Assembly: GCA_963666285.1 (NCBI GenBank)
Contig: OY762711.1
Direction: 5' to 3' (one strand)
DNA: 64,000 bases
Origin: Sedimentisphaerales bacterium
GTDB lineage: Bacteria; Planctomycetota; Phycisphaerae; Sedimentisphaerales; SM23-30
The position numbers and the translations under genes were made by a program. Shown one piece after another: positions 41,869 to 51,863 of this stretch (position 1 is its first letter; each line of letters begins with the position of its first letter). A model generated the notes under the pieces. It had not been told where the DNA came from, did not search any database, and saw only the letters and a program-made list of their open reading frames with translations.

Positions 41869-42016
41869 TGCGAAGCTTGAGCTAAATGAGACCAGGTCAC
41901 AGTGCAGCTTAGGCTTCGCATCATATACATGACGTACTTTTGAGTGTTCGGTTATCCTTCGACTAGCTCAGGGCAGACCGACTCGCATTTTGGCTAAAAC
42001 ATAAGTGTTGCAGGAA
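41869..42016 (+). repeat. Divergent copy of the dispersed element with a nested REP-like hairpin
   Basis: agtgcagcttaggcttcgcatcatatacatgacgtactttt matches the 5' ends of copies 1 and 3; gttgcaggaag near the end; 15-bp hairpin 41869-41920; ccttcgactagctcaggg inside. Confidence 0.7.
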
Positions 42017-42029
42017 GTCACTTTGAGTA

Positions 42030-42824
42030 TTATTTCAGTTCGGCTTTTATCTCGGCGACTTTGGCGGCGAGCAGATCGGCAACATCAGGTGAGTCGAGAT
42101 TATCTTCGATAACCTTTTCGAAGGCGCTGCCGATGACTATGCCGTCGGCGACGTCGCGCAGGTCGCGGGCATCGTCAGCAGTAGAGATACCAAAGCCGAG
42201 AGCGATCGGGGTATCGGTTTGCTTGCGGACACGGGCGACATTGGATTTGATAGCGTCGGCATCAAGCCCGCCGACGCCGGTAACGCCGGTGCGGGTGATC
42301 ATATAGATGAAGCCGCCCGCGGTTTTGGCAATATTTGGCAGGCGTCCATCATCGGTAGTCGGCGCGATAAGATGGATAAGCGGGAAGTCGGCCTCGATAA
42401 GAGTTGTGAACTCGGCGGACTCTTCCGGCGGCAGATCGACGATAAGGGCACCGTCGGCCCCGGCAGCGATAGCGTCTTTGCCGAACTGTTCGATGCCGTA
42501 GCTGAAAATCGGGTTATAATAGCTAAATAGAATGATGGGGACCTCGACACCGGCGGCGCGAAGGTCTTTGACCAGCTGGATAACCTTTTTCAGGTTCATG
42601 CCGTTGGCGATTGAACGGCCTGCGGCTCGCTGGATGACCGGGCCATCACTGGTAGGGTCAGAGAACGGCACACCCAGCTCAAGTATGTCGATGCCCGCCC
42701 GGCAGGCTTTGACGATGATCTCTTTTGATGTTTCTATATTCGGGTCGCCGGCGGTAATATAACCGACAAGTGCTTTGGCACCGGCGTCTTTAAGTTCGTT
42801 AAATTTCTGAGTTATTCGATTCAT
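42030..42824 (-). CDS. trpA: Tryptophan synthase alpha
   Basis: YITAGDP, ELGVPFSDPTSDGPVIQ, GVTG, GFGIS. Confidence 0.97.
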   Translation of the reverse strand: MNRITQKFNELKDAGAKALVGYITAGDPNIETSKEIIVKACRAGIDILELGVPFSDPTSDGPVIQRAAGRSIANGMNLKKVIQLVKDLRAAGVEVPIILFSYYNPIFSYGIEQFGKDAIAAGADGALIVDLPPEESAEFTTLIEADFPLIHLIAPTTDDGRLPNIAKTAGGFIYMITRTGVTGVGGLDADAIKSNVARVRKQTDTPIALGFGISTADDARDLRDVADGIVIGSAFEKVIEDNLDSPDVADLLAAKVAEIKAELK

Positions 42825-42926
42825 TTTTATAATCTCTACTTTATATAGTTATTTTATATAACAGGCATAAGGGATACGGGATAAGGCATAAGGAGAGGAA
42901 TCGCCTGCGGTGAAGCGGTCCAGAAC

Positions 42927-44135
42927 CTATTTCATGCCCAGTACTCCCAATACATGTTCGAGGTCTTTGTCGCCGCGACCGGAAAGGTTGACAACAATGA
43001 CTTTGTCCTTGCCGTATTTCGGCGCGGTACGTATAACTTCTGCGATAGCATGTGAGCTTTCGAGGGCGGGGATGATCCCTTCGAGCTTACATAGCAGCTT
43101 GAAGGCGTCGAGTGCCTCGGTATCGGTAACGGACGAATATCTGGCGCGACCGAAATCCTTGAACGCGGCGTGTTCGGGACCGACGCCGGGATAGTCCAGC
43201 CCAGCCGAAATTGAATATGCTTCCTGAATCTGGCCGTTGTCATCCTGTAGGACGTAGCTTTTGGTACCGTGCAGCACGCCGACCCGGCCATGGCCGAGGG
43301 TTGCGGCATGTTCGGGGGTATCAACGCCCTTGCCGGCCGCTTCGACACCCATGATTTCGACCGATTCATCAGCCAGGAACGGATAGAACATTCCCATCGC
43401 GTTACTACCGCCGCCGACACAGGCGATCAGCAGGTCGGGCAGCCGCCCTTCCTGGGTGAGTATCTGCTCGCGAGTCTCGTCGCCGATAACCCGCTGGAAG
43501 TCGCGGACCAGTGCCGGGTACGGATGCGGCCCGGCAACCGTGCCGATCACATAGAAAGTATCTTCGACGGCCCCGGCCCAATATCGGATCGCAGCGTTCA
43601 TCGCGTCTTTGAGAGTTGCGGTACCATCATTGATCGGCACAACCTCTGCGCCGACAAGTTTCATACGCTGCACGTTGGGCTGCTGACGTCTGACATCTTC
43701 GGCCCCCATAAAGACCTTGCATTCCATGTCCATGAGAGCTGCGGTGATAGCGGTAGCTACGCCATGCTGGCCGGCACCGGTTTCGGCGATAACCTTGCGT
43801 TTGCCCATGCGTTGTGCGAGCAGCACCTGTCCGATAGTATTGTTGATCTTGTGGGCGCCGGTATGGTTAAGGTCTTCCCGTTTGAGGTATATCTTTGCAC
43901 CGCCGAGCGCATCTGTCAGTCGTTTGGCAAAGTATAAAGGAGAAGGCCTGCCGACATATTGCTTGAGCAGGTATTTATATTCGGCGATAAAGTCATCGTC
44001 GGCCATGTATTTCTTCCAGGCGAGTTCCAGTTCGTTAACCGCCGGAATAAGAGTTTCACCGACATATTTTCCACCGTATGGCCCGAAATGCCCCTTTTCA
44101 TCGGGCATCGTCATTAGTTGTTCTATTTTTGACAT
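42927..44135 (-). CDS. trpB: Tryptophan synthase beta
   Basis: [49 protein letters not shown]. Confidence 0.98.
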   Translation of the reverse strand: MSKIEQLMTMPDEKGHFGPYGGKYVGETLIPAVNELELAWKKYMADDDFIAEYKYLLKQYVGRPSPLYFAKRLTDALGGAKIYLKREDLNHTGAHKINNTIGQVLLAQRMGKRKVIAETGAGQHGVATAITAALMDMECKVFMGAEDVRRQQPNVQRMKLVGAEVVPINDGTATLKDAMNAAIRYWAGAVEDTFYVIGTVAGPHPYPALVRDFQRVIGDETREQILTQEGRLPDLLIACVGGGSNAMGMFYPFLADESVEIMGVEAAGKGVDTPEHAATLGHGRVGVLHGTKSYVLQDDNGQIQEAYSISAGLDYPGVGPEHAAFKDFGRARYSSVTDTEALDAFKLLCKLEGIIPALESSHAIAEVIRTAPKYGKDKVIVVNLSGRGDKDLEHVLGVLGMK

Positions 44136-44224
44136 ATATCTTCCTCATTGATTTTCATCATACTCTAATTGCACCGGGAGCGAGACCAAAGTGTGACGAA
44201 CTGTGGCAGCTTAGATATATTTCT

Positions 44225-44270
44225 CCCACGAGTTGAAACCCTTGGCTACAACTTATCGTCCCTACGGGAC
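44225..44270 (+). repeat. REP-like element
   Basis: cccacgagttgaaacccttggct...gtccc-tac-gggac hairpin in the trpF-trpB spacer. Confidence 0.55.
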
Positions 44271-44312
44271 TTATTTTGTGTTTCGGCTTCGCCTAAACTA
44301 TTTATATTTCTA

Positions 44313-44972
44313 TTAGAAGCAGTCTTCGATTCGTCGTGTGTATTCGACCGCCCTGGCATTTTCGATGAAAGCTTTGACCTTTTCGATATCTTTTATGCCT
44401 GGCTCTTTTTCCACGCCGCTGCTGACATCAACCGCATCTGGATATGCCTGCTGAATCGCATCAGCAACATTGTCCGGGTCGAGTCCGCCGGCAAGCACGA
44501 AAGGACAAACACCGGCCAGTTCTTTGGCAATCTCCCAGTTCCAGCTGATGCCGTTACCGCCTGGCAGCCTACCTTTTTTGCCTTCTACCAGCACAGCGGA
44601 ATTGAACCGGGCCGCTTCACGAACAATATCTATAACATTTATATCGATATATTTAATAACATCAACACCGAACTGGTCCCTGACATTATTGAGTATCTCA
44701 TATGACTCGCTGCCATGAAGCTGGACAGTGTCAACTTTGCAATGCTTGATAATCTCGCCGATCTCAAGAACCGGCATATTAACAACCACCGCTACCTTTG
44801 CAACATGGTCCGGGACCGCCTGGCAGACCCTCTGGGCCTGCTTGATAGTAAGGTTCCGCGGACTCTTACTGTAGAATACCAGCCCAATCGCATCAGCTCC
44901 TGCCTTAACAATATCTTCTGCCTGTTTTGCATTTGTAATACCACATACTTTCACCTGCACTTTATTTGCCAT
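44313..44972 (-). CDS. trpF: Phosphoribosylanthranilate isomerase
   Basis: VKVCGIT, GLVFYSKSPR, VQLHGSE, LAGGL.PDNV, VDVSSGVE..PG.KD. Confidence 0.96.
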   Translation of the reverse strand: MANKVQVKVCGITNAKQAEDIVKAGADAIGLVFYSKSPRNLTIKQAQRVCQAVPDHVAKVAVVVNMPVLEIGEIIKHCKVDTVQLHGSESYEILNNVRDQFGVDVIKYIDINVIDIVREAARFNSAVLVEGKKGRLPGGNGISWNWEIAKELAGVCPFVLAGGLDPDNVADAIQQAYPDAVDVSSGVEKEPGIKDIEKVKAFIENARAVEYTRRIEDCF

Positions 44973-45753
44973 CAATTACTCCGTTAATTAGTTTTAAATA
45001 TCCAGTTGGGTTGTCGCTTCTCATAAGAGTTTCGCCGATAAGATAATTATTCAATCCATCAGCATAGGCCTGTCGTACATCATCGCAGCTGCTGACACCG
45101 CTGGCAGCGACAACGATACAATCCCAGTCAATCTGACGAGACAGCCGTACGGCATTGTCGCTATCAACTTCGAAAGTTACCAGGTCGCGATTGTTTATGC
45201 CAATCAGGTCGGCACCGGCTTTTTTGGCACGGGCCAGGTCTTGTTCGTCGAAGATTTCGACGAGCGGGTCCATGCCGCAATCTCGAGTGAGCCTGATGAA
45301 GTCTATCATCTGCTCATCGGAAAGAATGCGGGTAATCAGCAGTACCGCGTCACAACCGGCAGCAGCCGATTCGAGGATCTGGAACCCGTCGATTGTAAAG
45401 TCTTTTCGCAGTACCGGGATACTAACTGCCTGGCGGGCGGCAGTCATATCAGCGAGGCATCCTTTGAAATAGTCGGCCTCGGTAAGCACCGACATTGCCG
45501 CGGCGCCACCGGCCTGGTAGGCACGAGCCTGTTCAGCCGGTTCGATATCGAGCCGGATATCGCCTTTGCTGGGCGAAGCTTTCTTATATTCAGCGATCAC
45601 GTTAATCTTGTTTTTATCTGACAGAGCTGCCCGGAACCCGCGTCCTGTATTACTCAGGGCCTGTTCCTTCACCATAAGCATGTTGACATTTTCTTTGGCA
45701 GCGTCAATTTCAGCTCGCTTGCAAGCGAGAATTTTATCTAAAAAATCGTTCAT
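44962..45753 (-). CDS. trpC: Indole-3-glycerol phosphate synthase
   Basis: IAEYKKASPSKG, SVLTE..YF.G, LRKDF, IGINNRDL; start reassigned to MNDFLDKI. Confidence 0.96.
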   Translation of the reverse strand: MNDFLDKILACKRAEIDAAKENVNMLMVKEQALSNTGRGFRAALSDKNKINVIAEYKKASPSKGDIRLDIEPAEQARAYQAGGAAAMSVLTEADYFKGCLADMTAARQAVSIPVLRKDFTIDGFQILESAAAGCDAVLLITRILSDEQMIDFIRLTRDCGMDPLVEIFDEQDLARAKKAGADLIGINNRDLVTFEVDSDNAVRLSRQIDWDCIVVAASGVSSCDDVRQAYADGLNNYLIGETLMRSDNPTGYLKLINGVIDGK

Positions 45754-45908
45754 ATTTTTAATTTCTAAAGGGATAAGCAATCAGGATAAGGCATCAGGAA
45801 AGGCTGTTGCTAACGCGACCTTGTTTTAAAGCTGACGCAAATTGTAATATCCTTTTATAAACTTATCATTTATTGTTTTGTTATTTTGTTTTTAATATCA
45901 AATATATA

Positions 45909-46913
45909 TTACGCGTAGGTTACCAGCTGGCGGAGTTTTTCTTTGGCCTTACCGCTATCGATTGCTTCCTGGGCGATAGTAATACCCTGCCTGAGATCGA
46001 CAGCGAGGTCGGCTGCAACTATGGCAGCAGCTGAATTCAAAACTACGATATCGCGGCATGCGCCGGTCTTGCCATCGAGAATATCAGTGACGATACCGGC
46101 GTTGACTTCCGGTCCGCCGCCGACCAGTTCCCCCGGCTCGTAAACTTCGCCGAGATACTGCTCCGGGTAGAGGTCGTAAGTTTTGACAGAACCGCCGTTG
46201 AGTTCGCTGATACGGGTCGGGCCGCAGACACTGATTTCATCGAGCCCATCGTGACCGTGCACAATGAACGCTCTTTTGGCACCGAGCAGATTGAGAGCCT
46301 CGGCGAACATTTCGGTAAGTTCAGCCTTGAACACGCCGAGTACCTGGCGGTCGGCACCGGCCGGGTTTGTCAGCGGGCCGAGCATATTGAAGATAGAACG
46401 CAGGCCGATCTCTTTACGAGGCGGCCCGGCATGTCTCATAGCCTTGTGATAGTTAGGAGCGAACATAAAACCGATACCAATTTCGTTAACGGACATCTCG
46501 ACAGTTTCCACATCAATCGCGAGGTTCAGGCCGAGCTGCTCGAGTACGTCGGCACTGCCGCATTTGCTGGATACACTGCGGTTGCCATGTTTGGCGATCT
46601 TTACCCCGGCACCGGCTGCAACAATGGCAGAAGCAGTTGAAACATTGAAAGTATCAGAGCCGTCACCACCGGTACCACAGGTATCGACAATGGGAGCGAC
46701 CAGCGGCTGGATACGCATCGCCTTGCTACGCATACATTCGGCGGCACCGGCAAGCTCTTCGAAGGTTTCACCTTTGCAAGCCATCGCGGTCATAAACCCG
46801 CCGATCTGGGTGCTGGTAAGTTCACCATCGAGCACCAGGTTCATCAGATCGTACATTTCCGACTTAGTCAGGTTTGTCTGCGAAATTATTTTGGTCATCA
46901 GTGTTTTATACAT
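45909..46913 (-). CDS. trpD: Anthranilate phosphoribosyltransferase
   Basis: DTCGTGGDG..TFNVST, KHGNRSVSSKCGSAD, FNMLGPLTNP, DGLDE. Confidence 0.97.
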   Translation of the reverse strand: MYKTLMTKIISQTNLTKSEMYDLMNLVLDGELTSTQIGGFMTAMACKGETFEELAGAAECMRSKAMRIQPLVAPIVDTCGTGGDGSDTFNVSTASAIVAAGAGVKIAKHGNRSVSSKCGSADVLEQLGLNLAIDVETVEMSVNEIGIGFMFAPNYHKAMRHAGPPRKEIGLRSIFNMLGPLTNPAGADRQVLGVFKAELTEMFAEALNLLGAKRAFIVHGHDGLDEISVCGPTRISELNGGSVKTYDLYPEQYLGEVYEPGELVGGGPEVNAGIVTDILDGKTGACRDIVVLNSAAAIVAADLAVDLRQGITIAQEAIDSGKAKEKLRQLVTYA

Positions 46914-46935
46914 GGCCAGTTCCTTTCAATAATCA

Positions 46936-47502
46936 TCAGCCACAGATATTGATAAAGTTTCTCATCATTTTTTTGCCCATAGGTGTCATGATAGATTCCG
47001 GGTGGAACTGGACACCTTCGACCTTGTATTCCTTATGACGCAGTCCCATAATCTCTCCGTCTTCGGTGGTGGCGGTAATCTCAAGAACGTCGGGGATAAG
47101 GTTCGGGTCGGCGGCCAGCGAATGATAACGCATAACCTGGACATCGTTTTTCAGTCCTTCGAAAACACCTTTGCCATCATGTTTGACATTAGATGTTTTG
47201 CCGTGCATAATATTTTTGGCATGGATGATCTTGCCGCCGAAAGCTTCGGCAATAGTCTGATGGCCGAGACATACTCCCAGGATAGGCAGCTTGCCGGAGA
47301 AATACTTAACAAGCTCCAGCGAAATACCGGCCTCTGACGGGCGGCCCGGACCGGGCGAGATAACAATACCATCGGGCGAAAGTTTTTCGACCTCTTCAAC
47401 AGTGATCTTATCATTCCGATAAACAACAACCTCGGTCTGCTGGGCAAAGTCCTGCACCAGGTTGTAGGTAAACGAATCATAATTATCTAACATGAATATC
47501 AT
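46936..47502 (-). CDS. trpG: Anthranilate synthase component II
   Basis: DNYDSFTYNL, ISPGPGRP, GVCLGHQ, RYHSL, QFHPES. Confidence 0.96.
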   Translation of the reverse strand: MIFMLDNYDSFTYNLVQDFAQQTEVVVYRNDKITVEEVEKLSPDGIVISPGPGRPSEAGISLELVKYFSGKLPILGVCLGHQTIAEAFGGKIIHAKNIMHGKTSNVKHDGKGVFEGLKNDVQVMRYHSLAADPNLIPDVLEITATTEDGEIMGLRHKEYKVEGVQFHPESIMTPMGKKMMRNFINICG

Positions 47503-47623
47503 TTTTTATCTCCGTATATCACAGGTATCAGGGAAGGTAACCGCCTTTGGCGGAAAATATTTTAAGCTTCGCATTATTTTACCTTTAATCCACTTACCTG
47601 ATTTATTGCATAATTTTATCTTT

Positions 47624-49102
47624 TCAGTTTTTAGCTTTTTTAGCGAATTCGATGGCACGATGAATGGCCATTGCCTTATTAACAGTTTCAACTCTTTCAA
47701 ATTCCGGGTCGGAATCGGCTACTATGCCGGCACCGGCCTGAACAGTGAGTCTGCCGTCTTCGATAACAGCGGTCCGGATAGTAATAGCCATATCCATATT
47801 GCCGTTGAACCCGATATAGCCGACCGCCCCGCCGTAACAGCCGCGCGGCGAGTTTTCCTGCTCGGCGATGATCTCCATGGCCCTGACCTTCGGTGCACCG
47901 GATAGAGTACCGGCCGGGAAAGTTGCCTTGAACAGATCGAACGCGTCCATACTGTCATCAACCTGGCAGACGACATTACTGACAAGGTGCATAACATGTG
48001 AATAACGTTCGACGATCATCAGGTCGGTAACCTGGACGGTGCCGGTTTTGCCGACGCGTCCGAGATCGTTGCGGCCAAGGTCGACCAGCATAAGATGCTC
48101 GGCACGCTCCTTCTGGTCTTTGAGCAGCTCGTCAGCAAGGGCACGATCTTCCTGCTCGGTTTTGCCGCGTTTGCGGGTACCGGCAATCGGCCTGACACAA
48201 GCGGTGCGATTATCGAGCCGTACCATAGTCTCCGGTGAGGCACCGATGATAATACGATCATCAATTGCCATATAATAGAGATAAGGAGACGGGTTGATAA
48301 ACCGCAGCGAACGATATAAGGAAATGGAATCTTTTGGTGCCGGGCAACTGAACTGCTGAGAGATAACGGCCTGGATAATATCACCTTCGAAGATATGGTC
48401 CTTTACCTTGAGTACTTTATCGCGAAATTCCTGTTCGCCGTTGTCGCTGGTGAAGGTGTCATCGATTTCAAATTTAACATCTTCATCTCCATCGGTAGAG
48501 CTGTTGACAATGCCGGTGAGCTTTGCGAGCCTGTCGGTTACCTGCTGGTAGCATTTTTCAGGAGCAGAGCCGTTAATGAATGCCAGTACGATACAGCTGA
48601 CACAATGGCGGACATTATCAAAAACAATAATCTCATCGGGAACAACGAAGCTGGCAATCGGCTTGGCCGGATCACATTTAATGGGTATATCTTCGATGAA
48701 GCTGACAGATTCGTAATTGAACACTCCCACCAGTCCGCCAACAAATCTTGGCAGATCGGCCAGTGACGCTTCCCTGTATCGACCGCTGAACTGGCGGAGG
48801 ACCGGGAACGGGTCGCCATCGTGCGGGATAGTTTCGGTATTACCATCTTCGATAATCTCAACCCTATCGGTATAAACCCGCACACGTATACGAGCAGAAA
48901 CCCCGAGAAAACTATACCGTCCCCAGTTTTCACCGCCCACTACACTTTCGAGCAGGAAGATATCCTTCCGATCAGAAAACTTTTTCAGCAGTGAAACCGG
49001 TGTCTGTGTATCGGCGAGCAGCTCGGTACAGACCGGGACAACGTTGTAATCTTTCGCTAAGGAAAGAAAAGCTTCTTTTTCCGGCAACGATCTTATATAC
49101 AC
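47624..49102 (-). CDS. trpE: Anthranilate synthase component I
   Basis: LLESV, NPSPY, SPE, PIAGTR.RG, KERAEHLMLVDLGRND, FPAGTLSGAPK. Confidence 0.97.
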   Translation of the reverse strand: MYIRSLPEKEAFLSLAKDYNVVPVCTELLADTQTPVSLLKKFSDRKDIFLLESVVGGENWGRYSFLGVSARIRVRVYTDRVEIIEDGNTETIPHDGDPFPVLRQFSGRYREASLADLPRFVGGLVGVFNYESVSFIEDIPIKCDPAKPIASFVVPDEIIVFDNVRHCVSCIVLAFINGSAPEKCYQQVTDRLAKLTGIVNSSTDGDEDVKFEIDDTFTSDNGEQEFRDKVLKVKDHIFEGDIIQAVISQQFSCPAPKDSISLYRSLRFINPSPYLYYMAIDDRIIIGASPETMVRLDNRTACVRPIAGTRKRGKTEQEDRALADELLKDQKERAEHLMLVDLGRNDLGRVGKTGTVQVTDLMIVERYSHVMHLVSNVVCQVDDSMDAFDLFKATFPAGTLSGAPKVRAMEIIAEQENSPRGCYGGAVGYIGFNGNMDMAITIRTAVIEDGRLTVQAGAGIVADSDPEFERVETVNKAMAIHRAIEFAKKAKN

Positions 49103-49142
49103 TGTAATTAACTCCTAAAATCTAAAACTGTTATTTTACCAT

Positions 49143-49181
49143 AAAAAAAATCGTGAGTAACGAATAACTTTACTCACGATT
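49143..49181 (-). terminator. trp attenuator terminator
   Basis: Minus strand aatcgtgagtaa-agttattcg-ttactcacgatt followed by a U-tract, 40 nt upstream of trpE. Confidence 0.9.
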
Positions 49182-49243
49182 GATATTGTTTATCAAATAT
49201 ATAAATTTTTAGGCAGGAAAACCCTGAAATTGAACGTGAGCAA

Positions 49244-49312
49244 TCATAAACTTGCTGTGTAAGCCAGCCAGCTACGCCAAGGACGCCAGATTGTGTTAAG
49301 TTCAAGTTTCAT
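49244..49312 (-). CDS. trpL: Trp leader peptide MKLELNTIWRPWRSWLAYTASL (22 aa; not in the ORF track)
   Basis: Three TGG codons at positions 9, 12 and 15, directly upstream of the antiterminator, terminator and trpE. Confidence 0.88.
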   Translation of the reverse strand: MKLELNTIWRPWRSWLAYTASL

Positions 49313-49621
49313 AGTTTTATGTTTTCTAATATAACAAATAATTTCTACTATTGCTATGTTTCTACAAATAGTAACATTTTTATCGGTGCAATTCAAGTAA
49401 ATATTCAGTAAGTTTTATAATTTTATAATCCCAAAGACAATCATGCACATAAGGAATTGTAAAACATACACTTATGAATAGCACGCCTTGTGTCGAAAAT
49501 CGTTATAATCCTGGCAGAACGCATTTGGAAGGAAAATGCCGGGGGAAACACAAAAACCAGCTTAAATACTTATATGCAAACGGTTTACAATCATTATAAA
49601 ATTTTTATCAAAATTTGCATA

Positions 49622-50380
49622 TTACCAGGAACTGTAGTACATTCGGACACTCTCATTCTGTTCAAACCAGCTTAGCTCATCCCATTTAACCCATTTTGTG
49701 GAAGTATCGAGCAATCCAATAGCGAGTCCTTGAATTTCGGGTAGTTCTTCTGTTTCAGGGGGCAGGTACCGGGCCGAGCCACTCTGGAGATGGGGAATTT
49801 TGGCGCCCCATGATCCGCCGGTACTGATGGTGTCCCAATGATAGCATGCCAGAAGGGTAGGAGACGAAATTTTTGAGTTGCCATCAGATGTTTTGCTGAT
49901 AGATCGGTATGTTTTGCCGTTTTGCATGACAGGGCTGAAGGTTGTGCCGGGCCGGTCATAGCGTCTGCCATAATAAATAAATCCGATTGAGGTGCCTCCC
50001 AGGTAGAAACCATCATCGGTTTTGGGCGGCTCGTAAAAGAATTCATCGATTTTCTTCATCCAGTCGCCGCAAATGGCATGGTTCTGGTCGATATCATAAT
50101 CTTCACAAATTGACAGGCAACTGGCGAAATTAGTCTCATTCCAGTACTCCGGTGTATCTTCGTCCGGATGAATATTGCCCTGCGGAACCCAATCGAGATT
50201 GTCATTGGCGTACATATGGCAAACCATGGCACATTGCCGCTGATTCGAATAGCACAATGTGCGCTGGGCCTGTTTGCGGGCATGGCTCAAGGCCGGCATA
50301 AGGATACTTACCAATAACGCGATAATGGAGATAACTACCAGTAATTCAATAAGAGTGAAAGCATTTTTATTTTTAACCAT
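49622..50380 (-). CDS. Prepilin-type N-terminal cleavage/methylation protein
   Basis: [35 protein letters not shown]; degenerate C-terminal motif (LLDTSTKW). Confidence 0.88.
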   Translation of the reverse strand: MVKNKNAFTLIELLVVISIIALLVSILMPALSHARKQAQRTLCYSNQRQCAMVCHMYANDNLDWVPQGNIHPDEDTPEYWNETNFASCLSICEDYDIDQNHAICGDWMKKIDEFFYEPPKTDDGFYLGGTSIGFIYYGRRYDRPGTTFSPVMQNGKTYRSISKTSDGNSKISSPTLLACYHWDTISTGGSWGAKIPHLQSGSARYLPPETEELPEIQGLAIGLLDTSTKWVKWDELSWFEQNESVRMYYSSW

Positions 50381-50401
50381 AATATCTCTTCCTGCTAAAA
50401 A

Positions 50402-51208
50402 TCAATTATCCGCTGACGGCATTGATAATGATTTGACAATATTTTCAACAAGTTGCGGGACATGTTTCTGCTCATAATCAAAAACGTACATATTATATGT
50501 ACCGGAATGATTATAAAAAAAGATCTTCATCTGAACAGGCAGCAAAGACCACCGTCCTACCGTTATATTAATCCCCCTGATATCCTTCATATTTTGAGGC
50601 TCGCCAAATCTATAGACCATAAAATCCTCACTTATATCAACGGCCCCGGTATCACCAATTTCATTATCAGTATAAGCAAATACTCCCTGAGTAAGCACCT
50701 TAAACAAATTTTGCCGTTCTTTAACCGTACTGAGACCGGCAAACCATGAATCCCTGACATCAAGTATATTACCACTACTATCATACCTGGTATGACTTAC
50801 GCCGTTATCGACACAGTAATTTCCATTATCGAGCAAATCGACAAGAATTCCATCAACATACCAGGATTCCTGGCTGGACTTCAGGCTGCCGTTATCAAAC
50901 TCGAAACAATAGAAATGAACCTGTTGGATAGACCTGGAATGGGTGACAACTTTGGCCCAGGCGACATTGCCGCTATTGAAGTTATCAAGGGCAAGCATAC
51001 CGATGAAAAAGCCAATAATAAAAAGAGCCGCGGCAGTATACCGCCAGGCCCATGGCGAACCCTGGGGATGGGTGCTAAGATATAACGGGCCGATTGAATC
51101 GGTTTCCTTTAGCTTGTCCAGGTCGTTTTGCAATTTATCCCTTAGCTGCGGCGAAGGTTCAGCCGAGGGAGCATTATTTAATATATTTTCGATATCATGT
51201 ATATCCAT
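50402..51208 (-). CDS. Putative membrane anti-sigma factor
   Basis: Short N-terminal helix, single TM (AAALFII), AWA.V motif, periplasmic domain; immediately downstream of the ECF gene. Confidence 0.7.
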   Translation of the reverse strand: MDIHDIENILNNAPSAEPSPQLRDKLQNDLDKLKETDSIGPLYLSTHPQGSPWAWRYTAAALFIIGFFIGMLALDNFNSGNVAWAKVVTHSRSIQQVHFYCFEFDNGSLKSSQESWYVDGILVDLLDNGNYCVDNGVSHTRYDSSGNILDVRDSWFAGLSTVKERQNLFKVLTQGVFAYTDNEIGDTGAVDISEDFMVYRFGEPQNMKDIRGINITVGRWSLLPVQMKIFFYNHSGTYNMYVFDYEQKHVPQLVENIVKSLSMPSADN

Positions 51209-51277
51209 TTTAATTCTCCGTAAAAAATCTCAACGAGCAAGCCAAAGAAGATGTCAGTACCGGTTCGTGAGATAAAC

Positions 51278-51808
51278 TTAACTGTCTGAGTCAACCTGAT
51301 ACTTTAACTTGTCAAGTGTCTTGCGTAGCCTGTACTTGAGCGTGCTAAGCGGTATATTTAATATCGAAGCAGTTTCAGCGAGGCTGAGTTTTTCATAATA
51401 ATGAAGGTGGATCAATTGTCGGCTGTCATCGTCGAGCTGTTCGATAAGCCGGTAAATCCTGGCTGACTCCTGGGAATCGGCAACACTGTCAACCGGCCCG
51501 GAAGTCTCGTCGGCAATATCCCACCATTGTACCTGGCTGACAACCGGTAATTTACCTTTACGCTGCGAGTCAACATACCGGTTATAAGCAATTCGGTACA
51601 GCCAGGTAGAAACCGAGCAGCGCTGCTGAAAGCCGTCAAGGTTCTGCCAGGCCTTCATAAAAGTCTCCTGGGTAAGATCTTCGGCCAGTTCGCGACAGGC
51701 GCACAATCGGAACAGGTAGCTGTATATCTGCTGATAATATGACAGAATCAGCGATTCAGCGGCTAAATTGTCTGCCCGGCTGTCCCGGCGAGACGGCGCC
51801 TTTGCCAT
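51278..51808 (-). CDS. ECF sigma-70 factor
   Basis: AEDLTQETFMKAW, STWLYRIAYN, L.E.A.IL.IP.STLKYRL. Confidence 0.92.
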   Translation of the reverse strand: MAKAPSRRDSRADNLAAESLILSYYQQIYSYLFRLCACRELAEDLTQETFMKAWQNLDGFQQRCSVSTWLYRIAYNRYVDSQRKGKLPVVSQVQWWDIADETSGPVDSVADSQESARIYRLIEQLDDDSRQLIHLHYYEKLSLAETASILNIPLSTLKYRLRKTLDKLKYQVDSDS

Positions 51809-51863
51809 TATTTAAGCTCCAGTACTGTTTTTAAAACTTCGCGATAGTTAGAGCAATTTAATT

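Noticed and set aside
42061..48933. Numerous antisense and alternate-frame ORFs over the trp genes (similarly over nusA and 60-64 kb)
   Set aside because: Expected shadows of GC-rich coding sequence; no motifs or RBS
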